From Octopus vulgaris (taxonomy: Eukaryota): a stretch of 64,000 nt of DNA. Under the pieces are notes generated by a model. That model had not been told where the DNA came from. It did no database searches and saw only the letters and a program-made list of their open reading frames with translations. The translations under genes and the position numbers were made by a program. Of this stretch, positions 39,901 through 53,956 are shown in pieces. The stretch covers positions 28,210,001 through 28,274,000 of the forward strand of contig OX597814.1 in the NCBI GenBank assembly GCA_951406725.2, given 5' to 3'. The first letter of the stretch is position 1, and each line of letters starts with the position of its first letter.

Positions 39901-40085
39901 TTTATTTAAAAACAGCAGAAATATAACAAAAGCTGTTACTCGGAGTTTCACGTTCCCGTTCGTGAAACTCCAAGTAACAGCTTTTGTTATATTTCTGTTG
40001 CTTTTAAATAAAGCATATAACTCTACCTCTGGTATTTGAGTACTCTTTTTTTCCACCTTGTTTCACATTTATGTGCTTACTCCGG
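39894..40085. mobile_element. Penelope-like terminal repeat fragment in an inverted (foldback) arrangement
   Basis: ~58-bp stem (39894-39953 with 39961-40019); minus strand reads ACGA-ACG-GGAA-CGT-GAAA-CTCCGAG-TA, a partial minimal hammerhead; AATAAA downstream. Confidence 0.6.
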
Positions 40086-40113
40086 TATGTATATATATAG
40101 GGGGAGTTTATAT

Positions 40114-40174
<61 letters not shown>

Positions 40175-40194
40175 GTTAATAAAAAAAATAGAGA

Positions 40195-40385
40195 AAAAAG
40201 ACAAGAAAAAAAACAACACGAGGACGTGGTACATGCAAAGTATTAATAGGACACCCAGAGAAGGAAAGAAAGAGTGGTTGCCTTACGTTTCGAGCAAAGC
40301 TCTTCTTCGGAAACAGGAAAAAAGGAAAGTCCAAAAGAAAAGGAAGAAGGAAGAAAAAAAATCGCCAACACTCCACATGTAGTTA
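40195..40385 (-). mobile_element. Penelope-like terminal repeat with a minimal hammerhead-like motif
   Basis: Minus strand TGTTT-CCGAAGA-AGAGC-TTT-GCTC-GAAA-CGTA-AGGCA (about 40279-40315). Confidence 0.6.
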
Positions 40386-40650
40386 CACATAGATAGATAT
40401 AGATATGCATATATATACAGAGAGAGACGACGGGCTTTTGGGCTTCTTTCAGTTTCTTTTTGCCAAATCTAGTTACAAAGATTTGGTCAACCGGAGGCCA
40501 TTGTAGAAGACACTTGCACTAGGTGCCACGAAGTAGGACTGAACCTGGAATCATGTAGTTGATAAGCAAACACATTCATACATACACGCGTACGCAGACG
40601 CACACATACACACACATATGCACGCAGACACGCACTGGTTTATATATATA

Positions 40651-41015
40651 CTAGCAGTATCGCCCGGCGTTGCTCAGGTTTGTAAGGGAAATAACTATAA
40701 AGCATTTTTAGAGAGTTATAGCCAAAAAATAGCAAAAAAATGGAAAAAAATGATGGCAAATTTTTTTTTAGTTAAAAAAGGTGGAGTTGCGTCCCCTAGA
40801 CAGTTTGCGGTTTGTGTTTCTGATTCTCGACCCCATGTCGAATTTATCGATTTTTTCCAGAACTGGGGGAACTTTTCAAAATTTTCGCTGCGTTAGTTTT
40901 GAATTATGACATTGGGCTCTGTGTGTGTCAAGTTTCATCAGAATCGGTTGAAAGCCGTGGTCAGGGTGAGGGTACAAGCAAACAGACACACAGAAACACG
41001 CACAGACAAACTGCC

Positions 41016-41030
<15 letters not shown>
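40651..41030 (-). mobile_element. Non-autonomous Helitron
   Basis: 3' hairpin CCTGAGCAACGCCGGG followed by CTAG|T on the minus strand; 5' end with TGTC-type repeats buried in (TA)n. Confidence 0.8.
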
Positions 41031-41072
<42 letters not shown>

Positions 41073-41180
41073 CTTGAGCGATGTATTCACATACATAAAC
41101 ACGCATTTAATAGCAAGCATACAGTCATCCACCTGCACAGTGTTATATCTCTATCATATCCTTAAAATAAACAGACAGAC

Positions 41181-41282
<102 letters not shown>

Positions 41283-41913
41283 CTGTGCATTCGAACGCAA
41301 CCTATAGACACGCACACACCAGTACAGCTCACTCAACACCACCTAAACACTCTTATACAATTTCATTTAAACGCCATCTCGTATTTCTCCATTCATCTTT
41401 ACTTAACGCACACGACTCCACACATGCGCATTTCATACACTCGCACATTCATATAGTAAATTATGCACTCATACATACGTTTGTCATCTTACTATTATCC
41501 CTAAACTTTTTTTATGTTTGTTACGGACAGTTGTCATCTGCGCTTATCTTCATATATGTAAAAAGACTTAAATATCTGCGCTACTGCAACGGGCTTTGTA
41601 TGCGAAAACGGAATTCTTGAACTTGTTTAACAGAACGTAGTTGTCAAGAACCTAGCACAACCAAATCGAAAGACACCTAACCTTTCAGCTTTGCGATAGT
41701 GCTGCTAATAATTCTTTTTACTACATGCACGACTCCTAAAATTTTGGATGGGGAGAGATTAGTCGATTACATCGACCCCAGTGCTTAACTTATATTTTCA
41801 TCGATCGCAAATCTATGGTAGTCAAAGTCAATCTGGGTGGTATTTGAACTCAGAACAGTAAAGCGGCATCTCGTCCGGCGTGTTAACGGTTCTGCCACCT
41901 TCACTACTACTGT

Positions 41914-42293
41914 GGAAGCACTCCGTCGGTTACGACGATGAGGGTTCCGGTTGATCCGATCAACGGAACAGCCTGCTCGTGAAATTAACGTGTAAGTGAC
42001 TGAGCACTCCACAGACACGTGTACCCTTAACGTAGTTCTCGGGGATATTCAGCGTGACACAGAGAGTGACAAGGCTGGCCCTTTGAAATACAGGTACAAC
42101 AGAAACAGGAAGTAAGAGTGAGAGAAAGTTGTGTTGAAAGAGTACAACAGGCATCACCACCATCCCTGTCGGAGCCTCGTGGAGCTTTAGGTGTTTTCGC
42201 TCAATAAACACTCACAACGCCCGGTCTGGGAATCGAAACCGCGATCCTACGACCGCGAGTCCGCTGCCCTAACCACTGGGCCATTGCGCCTCC
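41914..42293 (-). mobile_element. SINE family B, full length
   Basis: TSD TCACTACTACT on both sides. Confidence 0.9.
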
Positions 42294-42314
42294 TCACTAC
42301 TACTAGTGATATTG

Positions 42315-43230
42315 CTTTCAAGTTTTAGCACAAGGCCAGCAATATCGGGTAAGTCGATTACAACGACCTCAGTGCTCAGTTGGTGCTTATTTTATCAATC
42401 CTGAAAGAATGAAAGGCAAAGTCGACGTCGGTGTCATTTGAACTCAGAACGTAAAGATGGGAGAAATGCCGCTAAGCATTTTGTCCGGCGTGTGAACGAC
42501 TCTGCTTGCTCGCCACCTTCAGTACTGCTAATAATATTATAATATGAGGCGGTGAGCTGGAAGAATCGTTAGCACGCCGGGTAAAATGCTTATCAGTATT
42601 TCGTCTGTCTGTATGTTCTGAGTTCAAATTCCGCCGAGGTCGACTTTGCCTTTCATCCTTTCGGGGTCGATAAATTAAGTACCAGTTACGCACTGGGGTC
42701 GATATAATCGAATTAATCCATTTGTCTGTCCTTGTTTGTCCTCTCTGTGTTTAGCCCCTTGTGGGTAGTAAAGAAATAGGTATTTCGTCTGCCGCTACGT
42801 TCTGAGTTCAAATTCCGCCGAGGTCGACTTTGCCTTTCATCCTTTCGGGGTCGATAAATTAAGTAGCAGTTACGCACTGGGATCGATATAATCGACTTAA
42901 TCTGTTTGTCTGTCCTTGTTTGTCTTCTCTGTGTTTTATCGGGGTCGATAAATTAAGTACCAGTTACGCACTGGGGTCGATGTAATCCCTTTGTCTGTCC
43001 TTGTTTGCCCCCTTTATGTTTAGCCCCTTGTGGGCAATAAAGAAATAAGAAACGTTAGCACGCCGGACGAAATCCTTAGCAGTATTTCGTCTGTCTGTAT
43101 GTTCTGAGTTCAAATTCCGTCGAGGTCGACTTTGCCTTTCATCCTTTTAGGGTCGATAAATTAAGTAGCAGTTGCTTACTGGAGTCGATGTAATCGACTG
43201 GCACCTCTCCTTGTGTCTAGAGTAGGAAAG
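42315..43230. mobile_element. SINE A cluster: one minus-strand copy (42315-42518) head-to-head with a plus-strand multimer (42547-43230)
   Basis: About four cores in series, junctions near 42780, 42938 and 43048. Confidence 0.85.
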
Positions 43231-43304
43231 AATAATATCATGTTTTGTAACAGTGACACATATGTAAGAAGTGAAGCGGTGTGTATGATCGCCTTGACTA
43301 TCTT

Positions 43305-43690
43305 TCCTCTTTCACTTGTTTCAGTCATTAGACTACGGCCATGCTAGGGCACCACTTTGAATTTTAGTCGAACAAATCGACCTTCGTACTTATTATTTTT
43401 TTTAACCTTTGGACTTATTCTATCGGTTATTTTTGCCGAACCGCTAAATTGCGGTGACATAAACTCCGGTTGTCAAGCAGTGTGGAGGGGGGGAGGAACA
43501 AACACAGATGCAAAGATACCCGCGCACGTACAATGGGCTTTTTTTCAGTTTCCCTCTAGCAAATTCATTTACAAAGCTTTGGTCGGCCCGAGGCTAAAGT
43601 TGAAGACACTTTCCCAAGGTGTCACGCAGTAAGACTGAACCCGGAACTATGTGGTTGTGGAGCAAACTTTTTACCGCATAGTCATGCACC
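43305..43690 (-). mobile_element. SINE G, older copy
   Basis: Decayed match to 38651-39058. Confidence 0.75.
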
Positions 43691-44214
43691 TACAGCCTCA
43701 ACCTTTGAATGAAGTAGCAGTGGCATTTGTTGCCAAGTTTTTAGAATATATACAAAACCAAAAATAATTGGTAGAGAAAATGATCGCTGGGAATTGACAG
43801 CTTCTGTTGGGTATTTGCTTTGTAAGCAATTAGTGTATACTTTATGTTTGTTTTAGTATTGTGTTGTGCTTTGAATATTACTTTCAGTATTAATCGTATA
43901 TTTTTGTGAGGAATTCTTTATAGTATACATGTGTTGCTTATCAATGTTTTTCTATGTTGTGTGATGTAGCACATTACAGTTACTCCTTGTAAGCGAGTAA
44001 CTATAATCACAATGTAGTCAGTGAAAGAGCGTTGTATTTATTTAGCCAGTGTAACAGTTATAGTTGTGAAGTTTACCACTTTCCTAATGCAAATATAATA
44101 TCCAAATCCCATTCACAGCTATGTAGCTTGTACTTGGGTTTACATACTTGCATTCATTTTTACACATTTTCATTGAATTTGATAAATAGCTTCTTTATTT
44201 TTCTTTTTTTTTTT

Positions 44215-44410
44215 CTTTTACTTGTTTCAGTCATTTGACTGCGGCCATGCTGGAGCACCGCCTTTAGTCGAGCAACTCGACCCCGGGACTTATTCTTTGT
44301 AAGCCCAGTACTTATTCTATCGATCTCTTTTGCCGAACCGCTAAGTGACGGGGACATAAACACACCAGCATCGGTTGTCAAGCAATGCTAGGGGGACAAA
44401 CACAGACACA

Positions 44411-44505
<95 letters not shown>

Positions 44506-44625
44506 GACGGGCTTCTTTCAGTTTTCGTCTACCAAATCAACTCACAAGGCTTTGGTCGGTCCGAGGCTATAGAAGAAGACACTTGCCCAAGGTGCCACGC
44601 AGTGGGACTGAACCCGGAACAATGT
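44215..44625 (-). mobile_element. SINE G with an expanded internal microsatellite
   Basis: Match to family G, head slightly truncated. Confidence 0.85.
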
Positions 44626-45289
44626 TGTTTTTAATTAAAACCTTTGTTCTACTATGCACCAAATTTTTTCTTAGTAACAACCTGTAGTCTATACACACAT
44701 ATATATTATTAATTTGACTCAATCTTACATCACAAAATGTTATTTTATATAAGTTTTACGGTTAATTCTTTTGAATTAAAATATTAATTAAAACATAAAT
44801 TCTGTAATTCTTCTTTATATTAATATTCTGAAATTTTATAATTTTTGTTTTCCTTCAAAATTTAATACTTAGATTAAACTTCACTTTCTTTCACAAATTA
44901 ACTTCGAGAAGGACGTTCTGTGCACATTTTTTGTATATAAATAATTTCCAATATGCACCACCCGCTGTTTAATATTAATTAATTTTACTTAAAATTTTCG
45001 CTACTAAAACACTTTTATTTTGTCCATTTACAAATACGTTTACAGTAGAACTTTATACTATATGTTATTTTCTCCAGGATTCTAGTTTTTTTCTTCTTTC
45101 TTTTAATAAAATTAATAACTGCAACCGTTAATATGATGAGTACTTATTCTGATTTTAGTTTATTCATATTGTATATATGTATGTATTTCATTATTCAGTT
45201 TTATGTCAAGATTTCTCGCCAATAAGGAAAGAGCCGGTTTCTAACCTACGTTAAGGCTCCTTCATTGGAATTTCAACATCAACAACAGG

Positions 45290-46430
45290 GTAGTTAGTTA
45301 GTTAGTTAGTTAATTTGGCTCAAAAGCAAATAGCAAGGCCATGTAGGGGGACATGGAGTTAAGTACAGGGTGGTGTTCATGTAAAGAGTTCAGGCCACTT
45401 GAGGTCCAGGGAGGCTTTGAACAAAGCGGTCGTCGGCATTTTCACCATCTCGTCTGGCAGCTTGTTCCACGGATCCGCAACCCGGACGGAGAAAGCTCCT
45501 CTCCTTCGATTGAGATGAAATCGTCGCAGGTAGAGCTTTTCGGAATGACCCCGCAGCCGACGCTCCGGAGCAGGAGTGAAGAACAGCTCTTTCGAGAGGT
45601 TACACTTCCCGCTTATGATGTTGTGGGCGAGAATGAGATCACCACGGCGGCGGCGTTTTTCAAGAGAATAAAGGTCGAGCGTCCTCAGCCTTTCTTCGTA
45701 GGACAAATTTTTGAGACCATGAACCATGCGGGTAGCCAGCCTCTGGACTCTTTCGAGGTGCTGTATGTCTTTGAGGAGATAAGGAGAAGAGGCTTGAATC
45801 CCATACTCCAATATGGGTCTCACCAGCGTGACATAGAGTGGCAGGAATATGGCTGCTGTGAGCATTCCGAATGACCGTCGAATCAAAAACAGAATTCCGC
45901 GCGCTTTGTTGGCAGCATGGACGCACTGGGCCGAAGGCGAAAAGGAGGAATCCACCAAGATACCCAGGTCCTTTACCTGATCGGTCCTCTCCAGCAGCAG
46001 ACGACCCGGCTCGAAATCAAGTTGAGTTGCAGGAGTAGAGCCGACAGGCAGATGACAGCACTTTGACACGTTCAGACACAGGTCCCAATCGTTAGACCAC
46101 TTCCAAATTTGGTGGAGGCATCGACGAAGATCCTCTATACTACTGCGAGGAGCGACCAGTTTGATATCGTCGGCAAATAGAAGGGTGTGTTGCGTGAGGT
46201 CGTCGGGCAAGTCATTTATGAAGACTAAGAACAACAAGGGCCCAAGCACTGAACCTTGAGGCACGCCACTGCTCGCACTGGAGACGTCGGACCGCGAACC
46301 ATTAACTTGAACTTGGAAGGAGCGATCTGAGAGGAAGGCACCAACCCATCGTACAATATCCGGATGGAAACTATATGCTTGAAGCTTGACAAGTAGTAGG
46401 CGGTGGTTTACCGAGTCAAAAGCTTTGGCA
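45290..46430 (-). mobile_element. 5'-truncated young CR1-like LINE
   Basis: RT C-terminal half, short 3' UTR and (CTAA)n tail; 5' end abuts (TACA)n. Confidence 0.9.
45377..46430 (-). pseudogene. CR1-type reverse transcriptase fragment (~350 aa, no internal stop)
   Basis: AKAFDSVNH, SGVPQGSVLGPLLF, FADD, KDLG, LVRPILEYG, LERVQR.ATR, RRRRGDLI, F.VRV..PWN. Confidence 0.9.
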
Positions 46431-46434
46431 TTTT

Positions 46435-46688
46435 TGTATGTATGTATGTATGTATGTATGTATGTATGTATGTATGTATGTATGTATGTATGTATTGTGT
46501 GTGTGTGTATGTATGTATGTATGTATGTATGTATGTATGTATGTATGTATGTATGTATGTATGTATGTATGTATGTATGTGTGTATGTACGTATGTATGT
46601 ATGTATGTATGTATGTATGTATGTATGTATGTATGTATGTGTGTGTGTATGTACGTATGTATGTATGTATATGTACGTACATATGTGT

Positions 46689-46731
<43 letters not shown>

Positions 46732-46735
46732 TGTC
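46435..46735. repeat. (TATG)n/(TG)n microsatellite
   Basis: Direct reading. Confidence 0.95.
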
Positions 46736-46944
46736 ACTGTATAACATATTTGATTTCAAACAATATCAAGCAACACATTTTTAAATGACCGTCTATTTAG
46801 CGTATAAATTTTGTTCTAAAATATATTCGTATTTATATTGTCTGGTGGACAATATTCATAAATATACGCACTACCAAGAAGAAGAAAAAAAGAAAACAAG
46901 AAAAATGTAAGCTTAGGTTTTATAAAGCCTAATTTTCGCCTTCG

Positions 46945-47265
46945 TGGCGAAGAAGTTAAGGTGTAATGTTCACGATCATATGGCCTTGAGCTCGATTCCT
47001 GGACAGAGCGGTGAGTTGTCTTTGAGCATGGCACTTATTACCCATTGCTTCAGTCTTCTCAACTGAAAATAAGTTTTAAGTGGTTGCTATTGTAGCCCTC
47101 TCTTTCTCTCACTAGTTGTCCCATCCCCGATGTCCCGTGGAGTCAAGGGTGCGAGGGGCGAGAGTGCGTCCATGTCTGTTCACAGCTATGTAGACATCTA
47201 AAACAATTAGCGAAAGCTTAGTACAAGCTGTCTGCACATCATGCCCGGCTGCGAATGACGACTTA
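46945..47265 (+). mobile_element. Old SINE with a C-type head and a further, different tail
   Basis: GAGCTCGATTCCTGGAC..GTCTTTGAGCATGGCACTT, then an unrelated body. Confidence 0.5.
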
Positions 47266-48082
47266 GCATTTTAAACTAAAATTTAAACTCTCTGCATGAA
47301 AATCGCTAAGATGTGATGCTAAAACTTTTCAAAGCTATTTTCCCAATTACTCTTTTTAGCAGTTTTTCTCGTATCTATCAATCTTAATCCTTCATTTTGA
47401 AATTTAGAATCCGTTTCATAATTTCAGAAACCTTTAAAAGTCTTTATAAAACCTACGGTTTTATTCGTATTTAATTTCCTCATGCACTGGCTTATTTAGA
47501 AGTAAGTGAAGTGAAGCAACGTAAAACGAAGTGCTTTACTGAAGAACACAACGCTTCGACATGTCCTGGAATTGAAACCATGGTCTTGCGATCATGAGTA
47601 TTACACTCTAACCACTCGGCCGATCGCGGTGGCACATTGCATGGGACACAAGTAATTGTGCCCACTCTTTAAAGTAATCAATATTCGTAATTCATTGGTA
47701 CTTACTAAATAACCAATCTTAACAATCAACAGAACGTCGATCCACAGAGTGAAATATATGTTCTCCGTGGCTGGTGCACTGGCACGAGTTCATTAATTGC
47801 AATTCTTTAACACACTGTCAAATTTAGATCTTATCAAAGCATCTTCCCACTCTCCGTGGTATTTTCAATCTCAAGGCATTTCCCTGTTCAGACTTGTCCA
47901 CTCTGTTAAAACCATTTCCATCTCCCTATAGGAATCAGAATCTATGTTAACGCGGGATGGGGATGCGGTTCGCAAGAGGTTAAGAAGCAGGGAATGAGGT
48001 CAAGCAACAATGCAATGAATGACTTCACTATCTCACACTTTCTCTTTGTCTCCTTTCATTCTCATTGAGTGTGTATGAGAGA

Positions 48083-48166
<84 letters not shown>

Positions 48167-48364
48167 ATATTATATATATATATATATATTTACATACATA
48201 CATTACATACACACATGTATATATATATACTTGTAAATGTATATATACATACCATGCGTACATACATGCTTGTATGTATGTATGTATGTATGTCTCTCAC
48301 AAGCGGTGGTAACATCTTGCGTTTCATTTTTTCTTTCTTTTCTCACCGCAAGTCAAGACTTGTG

Positions 48365-48398
<34 letters not shown>

Positions 48399-48649
48399 CA
48401 AACAATATAAAAGCGAAAAATCCTAAGAATTATATCCAACACATCCAGAGCTTTCACATCTCAGATAGGGAGATTAATATAAAAAAAGAAGCAAAGCGAT
48501 GCCAAAATCTCGAGGGTACCCTCTAAAAATTGCCAATAGAGTACATACCATACGTTAGATCCATCAAGGAGTACACCATATCCGTTTGGAGCCCTAATCA
48601 CTCTACAGCAAGCCACAGTATGCTACAAAGTATACAAAATATGGCACTT

Positions 48650-49275
48650 TGTGTCATTGGTCCCAGTGCTCAATTGCCACTTATTTTATCGACCCGGAGA
48701 GAATAAAAGGCAAAGTCTACCTCGCTGGAGTTTGAACTCAGAACATAAAGACGGACGAAATTCGCTAAAAATTTTGCCCGCCGTGCTAACGAGTCTGCCA
48801 GCTCGCTGCCCTAAAAATCTAAAATATCCTTTTCTGCTATACAAAACCTGAAATTTTGGGGGAAGGGGAAGTCGATTATATCGACTCCAGTACTTGATTG
48901 GTACATATTTTATCGACCCCGGGAGAATAAAAGGTAAAGTCGGCTTCTGTGGAATTTGAACTCAGAAAGTAAAGACGAATGAAATGTTGTTAAGCATTTT
49001 GCTAACGATTCTGCCAATTCGCAACCTTAAAAGTCGAAAAATCTTATTTCTTTATTGCCCACAAGGGGCTAAACATAGAGAGGACAAACAAGGACAGACA
49101 AACGGATTAAGTCGATTATATCGACCCCAGTGCGTAACTGGTTCTGATTTAATCGACCCCGAAAGGATGAAAGGCGAAGTCGACCTCGGCGGAATTTGAA
49201 CTCAGAACGTAGCGGCAGGCGAAATACCGCTAAGCATTTCGCCCGGCATGCTAACGATTCTGCCAATTCGCAACC
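48650..49275 (-). mobile_element. Three tandem SINE A copies
   Basis: Cores at about 48650-48810, 48830-49025 and 49043-49275. Confidence 0.8.
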
Positions 49276-49553
49276 CTAAAAGTCTAAAATCTAAAATGTG
49301 GCAAACTGTGTAATGCTATATTAAAAACTTAAGAATGGAAAAAAAACAAAAGACATAGCCATTATCCGCCACTAAGTATGATCTGGTAGCAGGTACCATG
49401 CTTTCGTTAATTGTTTTAGGTGCTTGTGTAGTCGCGGGGAGATACAAACACCCTTTCGATCTTACTATTATGACCCAGTGGAACACTGATGGTGTGACAG
49501 CTGGAAGAAGAGAGTGCTGTATCAGCATTCATCAAGTACATATTTTTAGCTGA

Positions 49554-49938
49554 GTGGAGGCGCAATGGCCCAGTGGTTAGGGCAGCGGACTCGCGGTCAT
49601 AGGATCGCGGTTTCGATTCCCAGACCGGGCGTTGTGAGTGTTTATTGAGCGAAAACACCTAAAAGCTCCACGAGGCTCCGGCAGGGGATGGTGGTGATCC
49701 CTGCTGTACTCTTTCACCACAACTTTCTCTCACTCTTACTTCCTGTTTCTGTTGTACCTGTATTTCAAGGGGCCGGCCTTGTCACTCTCTGTGTCACACT
49801 GAATATCCCCGAGAACTACGTTAAGGGTACACGTGTCTGTGGAGTGCTCAGCCACTTGCACGTTAATTTCACGAGCAGGCTGTTCCGTTGATTCGGATCA
49901 ACCGGAACCCTCATCGTCGTAACCGACGGAGTGCTTCC
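49554..49938 (+). mobile_element. SINE family B, full length
   Basis: TSD TTTTTAGCTGA on both sides; inserted into an older C-head SINE on the minus strand. Confidence 0.9.
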
Positions 49939-50819
49939 TCCCTTTTTAGCTGACTTAGAAGATGTAAAAGTGAAGAACCTTGCTTAAAGATACAACGCCA
50001 ACACGTGATCCGGTCCAGGAATTGAAACTTCGACTCTATTATCGTGAGCCCAACACCTTAAACATTAGGCTTTCACACTTAAGTTTACAATTACTGCGTA
50101 TTCTTATTCATCATTTATTGAAGATATCATCTGAATGTTTGTCACAGTAAAAAAATTACTAAAGTATCATTACTTGTTTTCAACTTTGATTTTACTGTCT
50201 TTATATCTCTTTGCATAGATGTAGACGCACACATACAAACGCACATACGCACACACATACGTACATACATACGCACACACACACACACACAAACACACGT
50301 GCGTACGTATGCAAAAAATTGTTCTTTATGTTTAAATTGGTTTATCTGGAAGTTGTCGCAATGGAAAGTAGGGCATCGCGTATTTCTAGAGAATTTTGCT
50401 GTGTCGTAAAGTACAAATGACCTAATGAATAGAAGATAGATATTGGTTAATATCTAGAGTAAAGCAGGCTTTTCTGTTACTACAGAATTGAATTAATAAA
50501 GGTGGCTTATACTGAGTGGTTGTTTGACTTGCTAGAAATAGATATAACTGTATTTAAAAAAAACAAAAACAAAGGACAATATTACTGTATTATCTTCAGT
50601 ACATAATCAATTATGTAAGTAAATCAATGAGATGGTCATGGTTTGAATATCTCTAGTCATAGGTCTGCTCGATATCGATTGAATTGTAACTAAACAAATG
50701 TATCTAATCAAAATTACAAGAAGAATATTTTTTTCAGAAAGTAGCACTTATAATTAAATGGTTCATTGATCGTCCTCGTTATTTCGCGAGCATTCATCAA
50801 AGCACGAATAATAATAACC

Positions 50820-51705
<886 letters not shown>

Positions 51706-51710
51706 TGAAC

Positions 51711-51762
<52 letters not shown>

Positions 51763-52232
51763 CATAATAATAATAATGTTTACTTTATTAGGTACTAGCG
51801 GTTCACAAAAATGTCGAAAACGGTACATAACTATACAAAGTGAGTTTACATAAAAGCGTATAAACTGTAACGTAGAAGGAAAAAAAAAATTCAAACTCAA
51901 TTTCACCCTAAGAGAAAACCCGCCAAAGGCTGCATGTTGAAACGCGTCACATAACTATAGTCATCTTAATTACTCTCCTTATACTTCTCCCCCAATCTAC
52001 AGGGTGCCTCAAAAAAAGGTGCCATAACATGTATGTCGGAAATGCCGACCTCGCTGATAGCTACCATAGCCCATAGCTAGTATTCTAAGGTTAGTAACCA
52101 GGTATCCCTGCTTTCAGAGTGAATCCAGGTTACGTGCGTTTGTGTAACCTACTCTTGAAACCGCCGAGTTTATAGGAATGAAGAGAAGAAAATACAGCCA
52201 GCCACTTTAATGATTTTTCTGCAGGGGATCGG

Positions 52233-52481
52233 GAAAAGCTCTACCTGCGACGATTTCATCTCAATCGAAGGAGAGGAGCTTTCTCCGTCCGGGTTGCGGA
52301 TCCGTGGAACAAGCTGCCAGACGAGATGGTGAAGATGCCGACGACCGCTTTGTTCAAAGCCTCCCTTGACCTCAAGTGGCCTGAACTCTTTACATGAACA
52401 CCACCCTGTACTTAACTCCATGTCCCCCTACATGGCCTTGCTATTTGCTTTTGAGCCAAATTAACTAACTAACTAACTAAC
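52233..52481 (+). mobile_element. Short 3' fragment of the same CR1-like LINE
   Basis: Nearly identical to the reverse complement of about 45290-45541; (CTAA)n tail. Confidence 0.9.
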
Positions 52482-52698
52482 ATATCAAAATCCCTTCTTT
52501 GTGTGAGGTTTCTTGGGGAAAATCTTAAACTAGCTTGCTGGAGACTGTGACGCTAGGATTCCCAACGTCATGTGTGAAACTTTTCTCATTTCCGTGTATC
52601 CATCTATTGGCAGCCTTGTGAATTCCAGGTCCTCCAGGACTTTCACAGTACTTTTATTGACCCCCCCCCATGTCTCTATGCCTCAAGTTTATGCTTTA

Positions 52699-53221
52699 CT
52701 AGCAGCATAGCCCGGCATTGCCCGGGTATGTAAGAGCCCCTGGAGCAGACATGATGCTCGCTGTGAATTTTAAAAAAATTCCTGCCAATTTGTGAAAGAT
52801 ATTGTCGAAAATATGTCATCTTGAATTTGAACGCGATTTCCCAAAATGGCATGATTTTATCGATTTTTTCTGATGGTAAGGTACTGCATGGAAAACTAAC
52901 GTCAGAATTAAGTTTCTTAGGGTAACATTAAGCTTCACCATGAGTTTGGTGTAATTTGATTGCAAGTTGCGAAAACTACAACAGAAAATGTATTGCAAAT
53001 AAAAAGCTTAGATTCTCGACCCCATGTCGAATTTATCAATGATTTTCAGAACTGGGGGAACTTTGCAAACTTTTCGCTGCGTTAGTTTTGAATTATGACA
53101 TTGGGCTATGTGTGTGTCAAGTTTCATCAGAATCGGTTGAAAGCCGTGGTCAGGGTGAGGGTACAACCTGATAGACACACAGACACACAGACAGACAAAC
53201 TGCCATTTATATATAGAGAGA
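52699..53221 (-). mobile_element. Non-autonomous Helitron
   Basis: Minus strand A|TC at 53222/53221; 3' hairpin CCCGGGCAATGCCGGG and CTAG|T at 52699/52698. Confidence 0.88.
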
Positions 53222-53562
53222 TAACTACCAGATCTTTATTTTTTTTCTTCTTAGTAGGACAAAGCTGAAGGTGAGTGCGATTTATTATTGATGTTATTGT
53301 GGTTGGAGTTGCGTATTTATTGTTGTCATTGTTGTTGTTTTTATTCTGGTTGTTGTTGGATTTCTGTGTTTGCTGTTTTCCTCTCTTGCCTGTTCGTTGT
53401 CGTTTCGTTTATGTGTTCTCTCTCTGTGGCTGTTTGAGGAGATATTGGAATTGATGGTGTATTTTTTGCCGTTGTGGATTTAGCATTGTTTGGCGTCCAT
53501 GTGTTACTCGTGCTGTATCGTTTTTTGTTCTTTTTTTTTATTTAGTTTTTCTTTCTTTGCTC

Positions 53563-53956
53563 TTTGCTCTTTTACTTGTTTCAGTCATTTGACTGCGGCC
53601 ATGCTGGAGCACCGCCTTTAGTCGAGCAAATCGACCCCAGGACTTATTCTTTTGTAAGCCCAATACTTATTCTATCGGTCTCTTTTGCCGAACCGCTAAG
53701 TGACAGGGACGTAAACACACCAGCATTGGTTGTCAAGCAATGCTAGGGGGACAAACACAGACACGCAAACACACACATGCATATATATACATATATACGA
53801 CAGGCTTCTTTCAGTTTCCGTCTACCAAATCCACTCACAAGGCATTGGTCGGCCCGGGGCTATAGCAGAAGACACTTGCCCAAAATGCCACGCAGTGGGA
53901 CTGAACCCGGAACCATGTAGTTGGTTAGCAAGCTACTTACCACACAGCCACTCCTG
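53563..53956 (-). mobile_element. SINE family G, full length
   Basis: Family match. Confidence 0.88.

Noticed and set aside
45353-45874. 173-aa plus-strand ORF
   Set aside because: Antisense shadow of the CR1-like RT and its 3' UTR
46431-46759. N-terminal His/Thr/Tyr-rich extension fused to the CR1 RT ORF
   Set aside because: A (TACA)n tract abutting a 5'-truncated LINE, open by chance; the RT lacks its N-terminal part and endonuclease
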